From assembly GCA_029838195.1 (NCBI GenBank), contig JALGVJ010000056.1, forward strand, positions 1 through 18,552: DNA of 18,552 nucleotides. Direction: 5' to 3'. Positions within the stretch are counted from its first letter, which is position 1, and each line of letters starts with the position of its first letter. The notes beneath the pieces are model-generated. The model ran no database searches, was not told the origin of the DNA, and saw only the letters and a list, made by a program, of their open reading frames with translations. Positions 1-8,522 of this stretch are shown piece by piece. Source of the DNA: Promethearchaeota archaeon (lineage in GTDB: Archaea; Asgardarchaeota; Lokiarchaeia; Sigyniarchaeales; SOKP01). The translations under genes were made by a program, and so were the position numbers.

Positions 1-122
1 TATTTAACCTCTTTTCCGCAGATTATACACTTGTTATCTAAACTTGGTGGATAAGAGAACCTTACAGTATCGTAATCATCTGAATAAGTTTTTCGATTCA
101 TTAAGATGTAATGGATCTTCAT
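1..122 (-). CDS. N-terminal fragment (runs off window edge) of a CxxC zinc-ribbon protein, possibly a transposase
   Basis: Manual translation from ATG at 122: MKIHYILMNRKTYSDDYDTVRFSYPPSLDNKCIICGKEVK, open to the edge. The transposase idea rests only on the N-terminal Zn ribbon and recollection of similar Lokiarchaeia ORFs. Confidence 0.4.
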   Translation of the reverse strand, partial: MKIHYILMNRKTYSDDYDTVRFSYPPSLDNKCIICGKEVK

Positions 123-461
123 GCTTTTTCAACTTTTTGGTGGTTTTGTCGCCAATCTTAGAGCTGGAGCGTGGTAACTGAGATTAATTTGCTACCTCAT
201 ATTTTTTTTAGTTTCTCAATTTACGTTCAAAAAATTATCAAATTACCATACAAATTAGCTGAATTAAAAGTAGATTTCACATCCCGTGGAGGGAGATTTA
301 TTTACAAAATGATAAAATTAAACGAGCAAGAGAACCATTAAAACGATTCAAGAGCTCACATTAACAATTAAAGGCACATTTTCATTAAATTTTCTCATGA
401 GATAGTTCGGGGGCGGGGAGTCATGGTCCATGGGTTAAAAATCAATAATCAAGGACCCCAG

Positions 462-884
462 TTATAGGGGTTCTTTTTGGAGAAAATAGATCCTATTAGA
501 GGCACATTTAGGACATACGGGTTGTTTTTCTGCTTGTTTATTAGCAGAGGCCATTTCGTCTTCCCATTCTGCTCCACATTTCAAGCATCCATATCCCACG
601 AAACCTTTTTTATAGAATATTTCTCCGCCATGCACGCGAATGGGTTTTCCTTCCATTAAAGCTTGGGTGGTTTTTTTATGGGCTCTTTCGAGGATTCGGG
701 AAAAGGTAGGTTGAGAGATCCCCATTTTTTCAGCCGCCTCTTTTTGATTTAGATCGAGATAATGCTTTAATCTCATGGCTTCGAATTCAGCGACGGTAAG
801 AATAACAGAATTGTCGATAATATCATTAAAATAAAAGTTTCTTGGGGTTTCTTTTACCCAGCGCCGGCGAACACGTCTTCCCAT
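462..884 (-). CDS. DUF134/UPF0251 family DNA-binding protein with C-terminal Zn/Fe ribbon
   Basis: MGRRVRRRWV start; LTVAEFEAMRLKHYLDLNQKEAAEKMGISQPTFSRILERAHKK HTH typical of DUF134; C-terminal CLKC...CPKC. ATG at 884 preferred over TTG at 887. Confidence 0.85.
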   Translation of the reverse strand: MGRRVRRRWVKETPRNFYFNDIIDNSVILTVAEFEAMRLKHYLDLNQKEAAEKMGISQPTFSRILERAHKKTTQALMEGKPIRVHGGEIFYKKGFVGYGCLKCGAEWEDEMASANKQAEKQPVCPKCASNRIYFLQKEPL

Positions 885-1051
885 CAAGAATCACATGCAT
901 GAAATTGAATAAATTTTTTTTACTATATATTCAAAAAAAATAAATAAAAAAAGATTAATGATTCTGAGAATACTCTTTGCTTGCCATGAACATGATTTTA
1001 GTTGGTTCTCACCGGTGTATTCAAGGGGGAGCATTGAGAAGCGAATATCAA

Positions 1052-1996
1052 TTAAATTTCTCCAATATCCTTGAGATATTGTTCAAACGCTTGGAGGGTT
1101 TGAAGGGTGTCGAATTTAGGGGCCCATCCGAGTTCTTTTTTTGCTTTCGTGCAATCCACGATTATGGGATATCGACTCATCCGCAGCCAGCCAGGCAGCA
1201 TGGTTCTTTGAAGATGTAGTTTATAAGTCAATGCGAGAAGGAATAATGCAAATTTATAAGGCATTTTATTAAATTTCTTATTGAATTGGCGTGCTATTTC
1301 TCTGTGAATAATGGGATTGTCTGCTCCGAGGTTGAAGGCACCCCGTGCTTTTTTCTTGAAGGCTAAGTAAAAAGCTTGAGCCACGTCATCGACCCAAACG
1401 TATTGAGCTAATTGGTCGGGGAAAAACGATAAGATCTTGTCCTTTTTTAACATTTCTCTGACGAGATTGTTGATTTGAGGGCCTAAAAAAATGTGAGGTC
1501 TCATTCGCACAATAATGAGGTCGGGATGAGCTTGTTCTAATTCATCTAAATATTTTTCCACTAAGTATTTCGTTTCGTGATAATAAAATGGTTTTTTCAT
1601 CAATCGAATGGGATGCTCTTCGGTAATGGGAACTGGATTATCCGGAAAAGCGCCATATGCAGCGACAGAGCTTGCATGAATGATCTGCTTGACTCCAGCA
1701 CTTACCGCACAATCAAACACGTTCTTGCTACCCTCAATATTAATGGAATACATTTCTTTAATCGATTTCAAAGGACTGACAATGAAAGCTAAGTGAAAGA
1801 GCGCATCACTTCCTTTAAAATCCTCTCGTAATTGAGGATCTCTCACATCCCGCTTGATAAATTTCAATTTAGAAAGAACTTGTTTTGGCTCTATAATGTC
1901 CACGCCTATAATAGAATCAATTTCCTCATCCTTTTCCAATAACGGGAGAAGGGTATAAGCAAGGAATCCTGAACATCCAGTTATAGCTACTTTCAA
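1052..1996 (-). CDS. NAD-dependent epimerase/dehydratase (extended SDR)
   Basis: TGCSGFLA Rossmann motif, HLAF, SSVAAYG, catalytic YHETK (YxxxK), VWVDDVA; TTG start. Confidence 0.9.
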   Translation of the reverse strand: MKVAITGCSGFLAYTLLPLLEKDEEIDSIIGVDIIEPKQVLSKLKFIKRDVRDPQLREDFKGSDALFHLAFIVSPLKSIKEMYSINIEGSKNVFDCAVSAGVKQIIHASSVAAYGAFPDNPVPITEEHPIRLMKKPFYYHETKYLVEKYLDELEQAHPDLIIVRMRPHIFLGPQINNLVREMLKKDKILSFFPDQLAQYVWVDDVAQAFYLAFKKKARGAFNLGADNPIIHREIARQFNKKFNKMPYKFALFLLALTYKLHLQRTMLPGWLRMSRYPIIVDCTKAKKELGWAPKFDTLQTLQAFEQYLKDIGEI

Positions 1997-2113
1997 AAAT
2001 AAAACACCTATTTCTTTTTTATATTATTATTTAGGGAAGGGAAATTAGAATAAAATGCTTTCGAAAATTGTTTCTTATCCTATTAAAAAATACATTGACT
2101 ATTCATCATCAAT

Positions 2114-3418
2114 TTAATGAGTGGCACAAGAAACACAAGGATCAAAACATCTAATGATTTTCTGTGATTCTTCTTTAATCATATTGAGATCTCCCGTTTT
2201 TTCATACAATTCTTTAGAAACGTTGGTAATCATGGTATCAATGAGTGGTAGATTAAATTCTGTAGCTATAAATAATTTAACTTCTTTAATTATTTTATGT
2301 TCATCAACCTTATAATGATGAATCAATAACCCTCTTGGTGCTTCAAGCACACCTATTCCTTCATTTTTTTTTAGTTTCTTGCAAGATTCAAGGGGTATAT
2401 TTTCATTTAGTACAGGATTTTGAAGATATAATTGAGAAAATTTTACTTCTTTTAACATTTCCATTAATCGAATAATATTTGCAAAGAGAATGTTATTCTT
2501 CCACGTGTCATTAAAAAAACTTAAATAATCAGGAATACCAATAACTACGGAGTTTTCAATTAAATTATTCCTTGCCATCGGTCCTACCAATACAGGATTT
2601 TCTTTATCAAATAAGATATCAAAACCTCGCGTGTAGGGGGTTTTAGTGAAATAAGTGAAGTAATTTTGAGGATGAAAATCGATTGGATCATTATTGAATT
2701 TTTTAATCCTTAAAATCCCATTATATCTATTGTAAGATCCATAATCATGCAAGCTTATCATACTTGTTGGAGGCAATTTATATGCTTCAGGAGGATGTTT
2801 GCTAGAAAATAATTCTACCGTTTTATCTAAGATCCATTCCAAGTTATTTGATGCAATATCCATGTATTTTTGCGCAAGTTTTATTTTCTTGCTTGAAGCT
2901 TTATAAAGGACTCCTCCTGGTATAGGCGTGATTAAATGAATTGACCGCCCACCGAATATTTTATCTAATTGATTTCCGATATTAACTGCTTCTAAAAATT
3001 TATTTGTATAATCAGGAAATTCTTTAAGTATCTCAAAAGGATTTAAAATTCGGTTTTTTATCCCCAAAATCAGTAATAAGTCGGGAAATGCTTGAAAAAT
3101 ATAATGCATGCCATGTGATTTTAACAATTCCCCCGTTAATAATAATTTCCTAAGAACAACGTGCCTTTCATGAAGTTCCGTACCAAACATATCTTCAATG
3201 GCTTTGCAACTTGCAATGGATTGGGACGCATGACATAACCCACAAATACGCGAAACTATTTTGGGTATTTCTAAAAGTGGTTTTCCCACGAGAAAAGATT
3301 CAAATCCTCTATAGATAGGTAAATCAAAGATAACGCGATTTACTTCATCATCCTTGAGATAAATCTTCACGTTTCCATGACCTTCAATTCTTGTACATGT
3401 TTCAACAACTTTAATCAT
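2114..3418 (-). CDS. mvhA: [NiFe]-hydrogenase large subunit, group 3 (MvhA-like), atypical: CxxCxxxQ and no C-terminal extension
   Basis: TRIEGHG, RGFE, RICGLC, GGRSIH..PGG, VGPMAR, EAPRGLLIHHY, DPCVSCATH-stop. ATG at 3418 has GGTGA upstream and overlaps the small-subunit stop, so it is preferred over 3430. Confidence 0.88.
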   Translation of the reverse strand: MIKVVETCTRIEGHGNVKIYLKDDEVNRVIFDLPIYRGFESFLVGKPLLEIPKIVSRICGLCHASQSIASCKAIEDMFGTELHERHVVLRKLLLTGELLKSHGMHYIFQAFPDLLLILGIKNRILNPFEILKEFPDYTNKFLEAVNIGNQLDKIFGGRSIHLITPIPGGVLYKASSKKIKLAQKYMDIASNNLEWILDKTVELFSSKHPPEAYKLPPTSMISLHDYGSYNRYNGILRIKKFNNDPIDFHPQNYFTYFTKTPYTRGFDILFDKENPVLVGPMARNNLIENSVVIGIPDYLSFFNDTWKNNILFANIIRLMEMLKEVKFSQLYLQNPVLNENIPLESCKKLKKNEGIGVLEAPRGLLIHHYKVDEHKIIKEVKLFIATEFNLPLIDTMITNVSKELYEKTGDLNMIKEESQKIIRCFDPCVSCATH

Positions 3419-4184
3419 TATAAATATCACCTAATAATTTTGGTTTTGAAAATCGATAAAAAAGGCCTCTATTTTTTGTCAAGTTTTCAGAAAGATTTAA
3501 TATACTCAAAAAATTAATGAGATTGGATGTAAATTCTTTTGAAACTGGTCCCATGCACCCCTCGCACGGCACACCACACTTAATGCATTCAAGGTCGCAC
3601 CCTTCACGCGTAATAGGTCCCAAGCATAATAATCCCCGTTTTAAAAAACATGTTGGCTCATTTTCAGTAACATTTACATTTAGATCTTCCAAGAAAGCCT
3701 CAATAATCTGGTATTCGTAATTCTTATCCATTTTATCTCTTAATGGACAAGTTGCACACAAATTTCTATTTCCTAATACAATTTCTTTCCCCTCAATTAA
3801 ATGAATAATACTATTTCCTAATAATTGAGAAGGAGGAGGGCATCCTGGAATTATTCCGTTGATTTCAACATAAGTAGATAAAGGATCTGCTTGTTTTTGA
3901 TTGGATAAACTTAAAATTCCTCCAAATGCGGCACAAGTACCTAATGCGTATAATTTTTTTGCATGATGTCGAATCTTTTTTAAAATAGAAACTTGCGTCT
4001 CCTCCGATATACATCCCTCTATTAAAGCAATATCACAATCTTTAATTTTAGTTTCATCCATAATGAAAGGAGAATAAGTAAGCGAGATTTTTTCTAAGAA
4101 TTGAGAAAAAATATCTAAGCAAATAAGTGCTGAGATGCACCCGCTGCAAGATGTTAGTGATGTGATGAGAACCTTAGGCATCAT
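3411..4184 (-). CDS. mvhG: [NiFe]-hydrogenase small Fe-S subunit (MvhG-like)
   Basis: SCSGC, IEG, GTCAAFGGI, IPGCPP, CATC, CFLKRGLLCLGPITREGC...CGVPCEGCMGP; GAGGAGGAG RBS; overlaps both neighbouring genes. Confidence 0.88.
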   Translation of the reverse strand: MMPKVLITSLTSCSGCISALICLDIFSQFLEKISLTYSPFIMDETKIKDCDIALIEGCISEETQVSILKKIRHHAKKLYALGTCAAFGGILSLSNQKQADPLSTYVEINGIIPGCPPPSQLLGNSIIHLIEGKEIVLGNRNLCATCPLRDKMDKNYEYQIIEAFLEDLNVNVTENEPTCFLKRGLLCLGPITREGCDLECIKCGVPCEGCMGPVSKEFTSNLINFLSILNLSENLTKNRGLFYRFSKPKLLGDIYND

Positions 4185-6723
4185 ATTTTATCTCCTCCTC
4201 CAATTGTTCATAAAAATCATTTATAACTTTAGCAAAGATATTGCCTTCCACCGCGTTCATTTGTCTTAAAAGAATACGATTTTTGTACCTTTCTCCCAAT
4301 ATTTCTTTTAATAATTTAATCTTTTTACCTATTTTTTCCACCCCATCTATATATCTACACGCCGAACGCCGACATCCAACGATTAATACACCATCAAAAC
4401 CAGCCTCTAAAGATCTCAAGATGAAATGGGTATCCACCCTTCCCGTACAAGGTACCTTAATAATAAAAACATTTGGATGATACCATAATTTTTTATATCC
4501 AGCATCATCTGCTGCAGCATATCCGCAGGATTTACAGCAAAAAGCGATGATTTTTGGTCGGGATTTATATTTAGAAAAAATATCTATTGAACTTATTATT
4601 TTAGAGGAGGTATCTATATTCATCTCTAGAGCATTCGTGGGACAAATTGAAACGCATGTTCCACATCCCTTGCATTTGAATTTGTCCAAATTAATCTTGT
4701 CATGATCCATTGTAATCGCATTATATGGACATGAAACCACGCAAAGACCACATAACCCACATTTTTCCTCTTCTATTTCAATTCCACTAAATTCTGCATC
4801 TAAAAAATCTTGAGATAAAAGAGCAATGATTTTAAGGGCTGCCTGATTTGCCGATGCCTCCGTACTATGATAATCTAAAGGGCCGAGCACGCTTCCAATT
4901 CCGTATATTCCCGAGGCGAGAGTTTCTTTACTCATGAATCCATCATCATTTAGAGTAAAATCCATGATTTTTCGAAAAGATTTAAGATCTTTATTCGGAA
5001 CCATATTAGTATTCAATATAATTAAATCACTCTGATACTCTCCCTCATCAGTTTTTATAATTTTTTCATTATAGCGTTCAATAATCTCTAATTGGTTAAC
5101 GTAATGTACTCGTGAATCTATAGGCGTTAAATAAAAATTGCGAGTACTCTCCAGCTTGTTTATTTCATAAAATATATTGATTTTCGCATCAGGGAGCCTC
5201 CCAGAAATGCTGTTCATATATTTTAGCACTAAAATATCATTAAATCGGGATGAGCCTTTCTTTCCCCCCACTCCTTGTATAATAGATATGGATTTAGGAG
5301 GCTTTTTATCCGATAGTTTGATTATCTGACCTTCGGTGGGACCATCTGAAGCCAAAAGACGTTCAAATTCCCATGAAGTAATAATATCATTGAGAGGATC
5401 ATGTTTATAGGTTTCTAAATCTAAGGGAAACTCTGCACCTATAGCAATTACTTTGGCACCAACATTAATTTTAAATTTTTCTTCCTTCTGATCCAAGTTT
5501 ATGGCTTTATTAATACATGCTCGTTCACAGATTCGGCATTTAAGACAATTCTTTATATCTTCTTCATCGATTAGAGGCACATAGGGATAGGAATGAATAA
5601 AGGGAATATAAATAACTTTTCGATTAGATAATCCAAATTCATATTGATCAGGTTTCTCAATTGAACAAATATTCATGCAACTCCCACAACCAGTACATTT
5701 TTTCTTATCCACGTAGCGCGGTTTTTTCAAGAGATAAATGGAGAAATTTCCTACTTCTCCCGTGATATTCGTTACAACGGTATTGGTATAGATTTTAATA
5801 TTTTTTTCTTTTGCCAATTCAGCAATCAATTCTGAGATAAAACAGATAGAGCAATCCCCCATTTCATGAATTCTATTCCAGCGAGCTACTTTGCCTCCTA
5901 ACGTGGGAGATTTCTCAATGAGGTGGACTTCTATCCCTGCCCTGGATAAATCCAGAGCCAAAATGATTCCGGCAATGCCACCTCCAATTATGGCACAGCT
6001 TTTCTGAATTTCTACTCTTTTAATTTTAACACTTTTTTGTAAGACTACTCTTTCTACGGCAGCTTCTATTAAAAGTTTAGCTTTTTCTAATATTTTTAAC
6101 GGATCTCTTTTTTTTACATCGTAATGATGTACCCATGCGCATTGCTCACGGATGTTAGCTATTTCAATATTCACGCTATCAATAACATCCTTGAATATTC
6201 TTTCAAAAAGTACTTGATGGGTTTTGGGGGAGCACGCTACTATGACAATCTTGTTTAGATAGTTATCTTTAACCCATTGTGAAATTTCATCAATATTTTT
6301 CTGTTGACAAAGATTTTTAAATATTTTAACAGAAATGACATGGTTTAATTTACTAACATAATTTTCTAAAAGCTCTACATTAATTGCTTTAGAAATTTCG
6401 GTATTGCAATTACAGATGATAACGCCGACTCGATTTATTTCACTTCCCTTAGAAGGTATATATTCATCAATATCTTCTCCCGAAAGGATCCGTTTATTGA
6501 GGCTCAAGATTTTTAATATTCTTTTACCATCTTCCGTGAGAAAATAGTGCTTGTTGTCTTTATTAATCAAGGAGCCCAATTTTTTTAAATGAAAGTTTAA
6601 CTGGCCCGTAGAGTCAACTCCCAATTTTTCCATTAAATCTGAATAAGAAATATATCCCTCTTTCTCTAAATACTGCAAAATTTTCCGGCGAAAAGGATGG
6701 GATAATACCGAATATATATCCAA
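4174..6723 (-). CDS. hdrA: Winged-HTH (ArsR-like) - HdrA - MvhD triple fusion
   Basis: aa ~1-80: LSHPFRRKILQYL...YSDLMEKLGVDSTGQLNFHLKKL...YFLTEDG (wHTH). HdrA: VGVIICNC, VACSP, ANIREQCAWVH, IIGGGIAG (FAD), DCSIC, four CxxCxxCxxxC ferredoxin motifs. C-terminal MvhD: AFCCKSCGYAAAD, VPCTGRVD, DGVLIVGC...C. TTG start with AAGGAG upstream. Confidence 0.9.
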   Translation of the reverse strand: MDIYSVLSHPFRRKILQYLEKEGYISYSDLMEKLGVDSTGQLNFHLKKLGSLINKDNKHYFLTEDGKRILKILSLNKRILSGEDIDEYIPSKGSEINRVGVIICNCNTEISKAINVELLENYVSKLNHVISVKIFKNLCQQKNIDEISQWVKDNYLNKIVIVACSPKTHQVLFERIFKDVIDSVNIEIANIREQCAWVHHYDVKKRDPLKILEKAKLLIEAAVERVVLQKSVKIKRVEIQKSCAIIGGGIAGIILALDLSRAGIEVHLIEKSPTLGGKVARWNRIHEMGDCSICFISELIAELAKEKNIKIYTNTVVTNITGEVGNFSIYLLKKPRYVDKKKCTGCGSCMNICSIEKPDQYEFGLSNRKVIYIPFIHSYPYVPLIDEEDIKNCLKCRICERACINKAINLDQKEEKFKINVGAKVIAIGAEFPLDLETYKHDPLNDIITSWEFERLLASDGPTEGQIIKLSDKKPPKSISIIQGVGGKKGSSRFNDILVLKYMNSISGRLPDAKINIFYEINKLESTRNFYLTPIDSRVHYVNQLEIIERYNEKIIKTDEGEYQSDLIILNTNMVPNKDLKSFRKIMDFTLNDDGFMSKETLASGIYGIGSVLGPLDYHSTEASANQAALKIIALLSQDFLDAEFSGIEIEEEKCGLCGLCVVSCPYNAITMDHDKINLDKFKCKGCGTCVSICPTNALEMNIDTSSKIISSIDIFSKYKSRPKIIAFCCKSCGYAAADDAGYKKLWYHPNVFIIKVPCTGRVDTHFILRSLEAGFDGVLIVGCRRSACRYIDGVEKIGKKIKLLKEILGERYKNRILLRQMNAVEGNIFAKVINDFYEQLEEEIKYDA

Positions 6724-6808
6724 TTTTAATTCTCAACTCCTTGAGAACCTTTATGATTAGTGAATATTAAAACTGCATTCACAAAAAAAACAATTTTATT
6801 TTTCTTCA

Positions 6809-6826
6809 TGATAAACATTATTATCA
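6809..6826. promoter_or_regulatory. Palindromic operator TGATAA-N6-TTATCA upstream of the wHTH-hdrA-mvhD gene
   Basis: TGATAA acatta TTATCA, a perfect 6-bp inverted repeat ~85 nt upstream of the TTG at 6723; the same motif occurs at 6942 and 12031. Confidence 0.7.
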
Positions 6827-6941
6827 AAAAATAAAAATCTTTTTATTGAAAATGGTCACCTAGATTATTGATTTCAAAAAACTGATAGTAGAAATCGAAA
6901 TAGCATCATTTAAGACAAGTCATCTGATTTTTATTGGAGAT

Positions 6942-6983
6942 TGACAATTCTTCTTGTCATAATAATCATAATTTTTCTTATCA
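6942..6983. promoter_or_regulatory. Tandem operators upstream of the divergent operon
   Basis: TGACAA ttcttc TTGTCA (6942-6959, perfect) and TCATAA tttttc TTATCA (6966-6983, one mismatch), offset by 24 bp. Confidence 0.7.
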
Positions 6984-7068
6984 AATTTTTTTTATTTTAC
7001 TTATCCCGTTTTCCTCTTGGTAGATATTTTTAATTAAAAAGGAACTGAACTTCGAGGTGGTAAAATAA

Positions 7069-7686
7069 ATGGAAGTATTAGAATTAAAGCCTTTAAAAAA
7101 TAAAAAGATAACAGCTTATTTCTTCTCAAAACAAAGTTCAGCAGATCTTAATGAAATCAATTCAGATGAGCTAAAAAAATTTCTTAAAGAAAAAAATGTG
7201 GACTTTGCAACCATAGATTTCGATGTAGATATGAAAGATTTTAACAATAATGAATTTGCGAAGACTCTTATCAAGTGTAATATCCCATATTATCAAGTAG
7301 ATATCCCTGAATTCGTAATGGGTTATTTATATGAGGAAATCATTGAAAAGGAAGAGTTAGTTGAGGAATTGATCCAAGAATATCAATCCATGGAAGATAA
7401 GGAGTCTTATAAGGGATTGAGTCTAAAAAATTGGATCGACATGCTTAATCTTGAAATACAAGAAAAGGAAAATTTTCTTAGTTTACGGTTGAGACCCCAA
7501 TGGATCGTGAAAAAAATGTTAGATCTTGCGAAAAAAATAGATAAACAGGTAGTTACATTTATTCATTTTGTCAAAAAGGATATATGCGAAGATATTTGTT
7601 CTCAAGTAATTGAATGCTTAAGGGAGATGGGAGTTAAGGTAATAGATTATAATAAAATTCATACAATTAAAAATATAATTTTATAA
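7069..7686 (+). CDS. Hypothetical protein, degenerate paralog of 7714..8457 (possible TraB/Tiki-like fold with coiled-coil insert)
   Basis: 205 aa ORF with GAGGTGG RBS; shares EVLELKPLK, DFA, NIPx...DI and RxxW...LxLAK with the next gene. Confidence 0.7.
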   Translation: MEVLELKPLKNKKITAYFFSKQSSADLNEINSDELKKFLKEKNVDFATIDFDVDMKDFNNNEFAKTLIKCNIPYYQVDIPEFVMGYLYEEIIEKEELVEELIQEYQSMEDKESYKGLSLKNWIDMLNLEIQEKENFLSLRLRPQWIVKKMLDLAKKIDKQVVTFIHFVKKDICEDICSQVIECLREMGVKVIDYNKIHTIKNIIL

Positions 7687-7713
7687 TAAAATTAAAAAGG
7701 AGGTATGATAAAA

Positions 7714-8457
7714 ATGCCAGAAGTTTTAGAATTAAAGCCTTTAAAAGAGAAGGTTTTGAAATTAATCCTCATAGAAAGTGAATTTCCCATTGATTGGTGG
7801 TTTGAGGTACCTGAAGAATTAAAGGAGGATTTGGTATGGAATTTGCATTTGATTTCAAGAGAGTATCTAGATTTAATCGAAAATCTTATAGAAAAATATA
7901 AGCCTGATTTTGCCTTAGAAGAACGTCCAAATTATCTTAATCGTAATGAAAAGGATCCCTTGAAAGTTTTATTTCAAGTTAAAAATATTCCATTTAAACA
8001 TGCAGATATTGATGAAAATGCAGAAGACTATCTTTCTGCTGCTTTAGAGGAACATAGGCAAATATTAGAGAAATTAGAGGAGAGAATAGCAGAAATAATC
8101 AAAAAAAATGGAAAAGCTCCCACAGAAGATGAGGAATTTCAGCGATTGCTCATATGGAAAGAATATTTAAAAAAGGATTATGAGGATCAAGAAGATGAAG
8201 TAAGATATAAGGTTCGAGAAGCTTGGATGATGATGAATATTTTAAATTTGGCTAAAGATGTGGGAAAAAAAGTGGAAAGCAAAAAATTAAAGGGATTTTT
8301 CATCTGTGATAAGAGACATTTTGATGGATTAGATGCCTTGGCAGAATCTCTGGGAGTTGAAACGGAAAAAATTAAGATCAAAAAGAGCATAAAAACGGAA
8401 GAGATTGAAAAAGTCATGGAAAAAGAGATTGAAGTAAAAATCCGAGATAAAGAATAA
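7714..8457 (+). CDS. Hypothetical protein, possible TraB/Tiki (EreA/ChaN-like) fold
   Basis: GGAGGT abuts ATG 7705, so ATG 7714 (MPEVLELKPLK) is the better start. PDFALEE, ADID, REAWM and ICDKRHFDGL resemble the TraB-type PDxVxxE / RxxxM / GxxHxxG pattern. Fold call is tentative. Confidence 0.65.
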   Translation: MPEVLELKPLKEKVLKLILIESEFPIDWWFEVPEELKEDLVWNLHLISREYLDLIENLIEKYKPDFALEERPNYLNRNEKDPLKVLFQVKNIPFKHADIDENAEDYLSAALEEHRQILEKLEERIAEIIKKNGKAPTEDEEFQRLLIWKEYLKKDYEDQEDEVRYKVREAWMMMNILNLAKDVGKKVESKKLKGFFICDKRHFDGLDALAESLGVETEKIKIKKSIKTEEIEKVMEKEIEVKIRDKE

Positions 8458-8522
8458 ATTAGAGTTTTTTCTTAATTTTCAATTTTATCATGAAATTTTA
8501 AATTATTGAGGTGAATGTAAAA

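Noticed and set aside
123-200. Upstream ATG at 200 (minus strand) in frame with the edge ORF, suggesting read-through
   Set aside because: It would need read-through of both TAG and TGA; nothing supports this.
1006-1040. TTCTCA...TGAGAA hairpin downstream of the SDR as a possible SECIS or ncRNA
   Set aside because: Only a 6-bp stem, no recognisable SECIS core, and no in-frame TGA gene nearby.
2114-6723. Selenocysteine recoding in HdrA/MvhD/MvhA, as known for some archaeal Hdr/Vhu proteins
   Set aside because: All three ORFs are uninterrupted, ligand positions are Cys codons, and the stops are TAA.
6941-6965. TTGACA...CATAAT as a bacterial sigma70 promoter
   Set aside because: Spacing is far too short, the context is archaeal, and TTGACA is explained by the palindrome arm.
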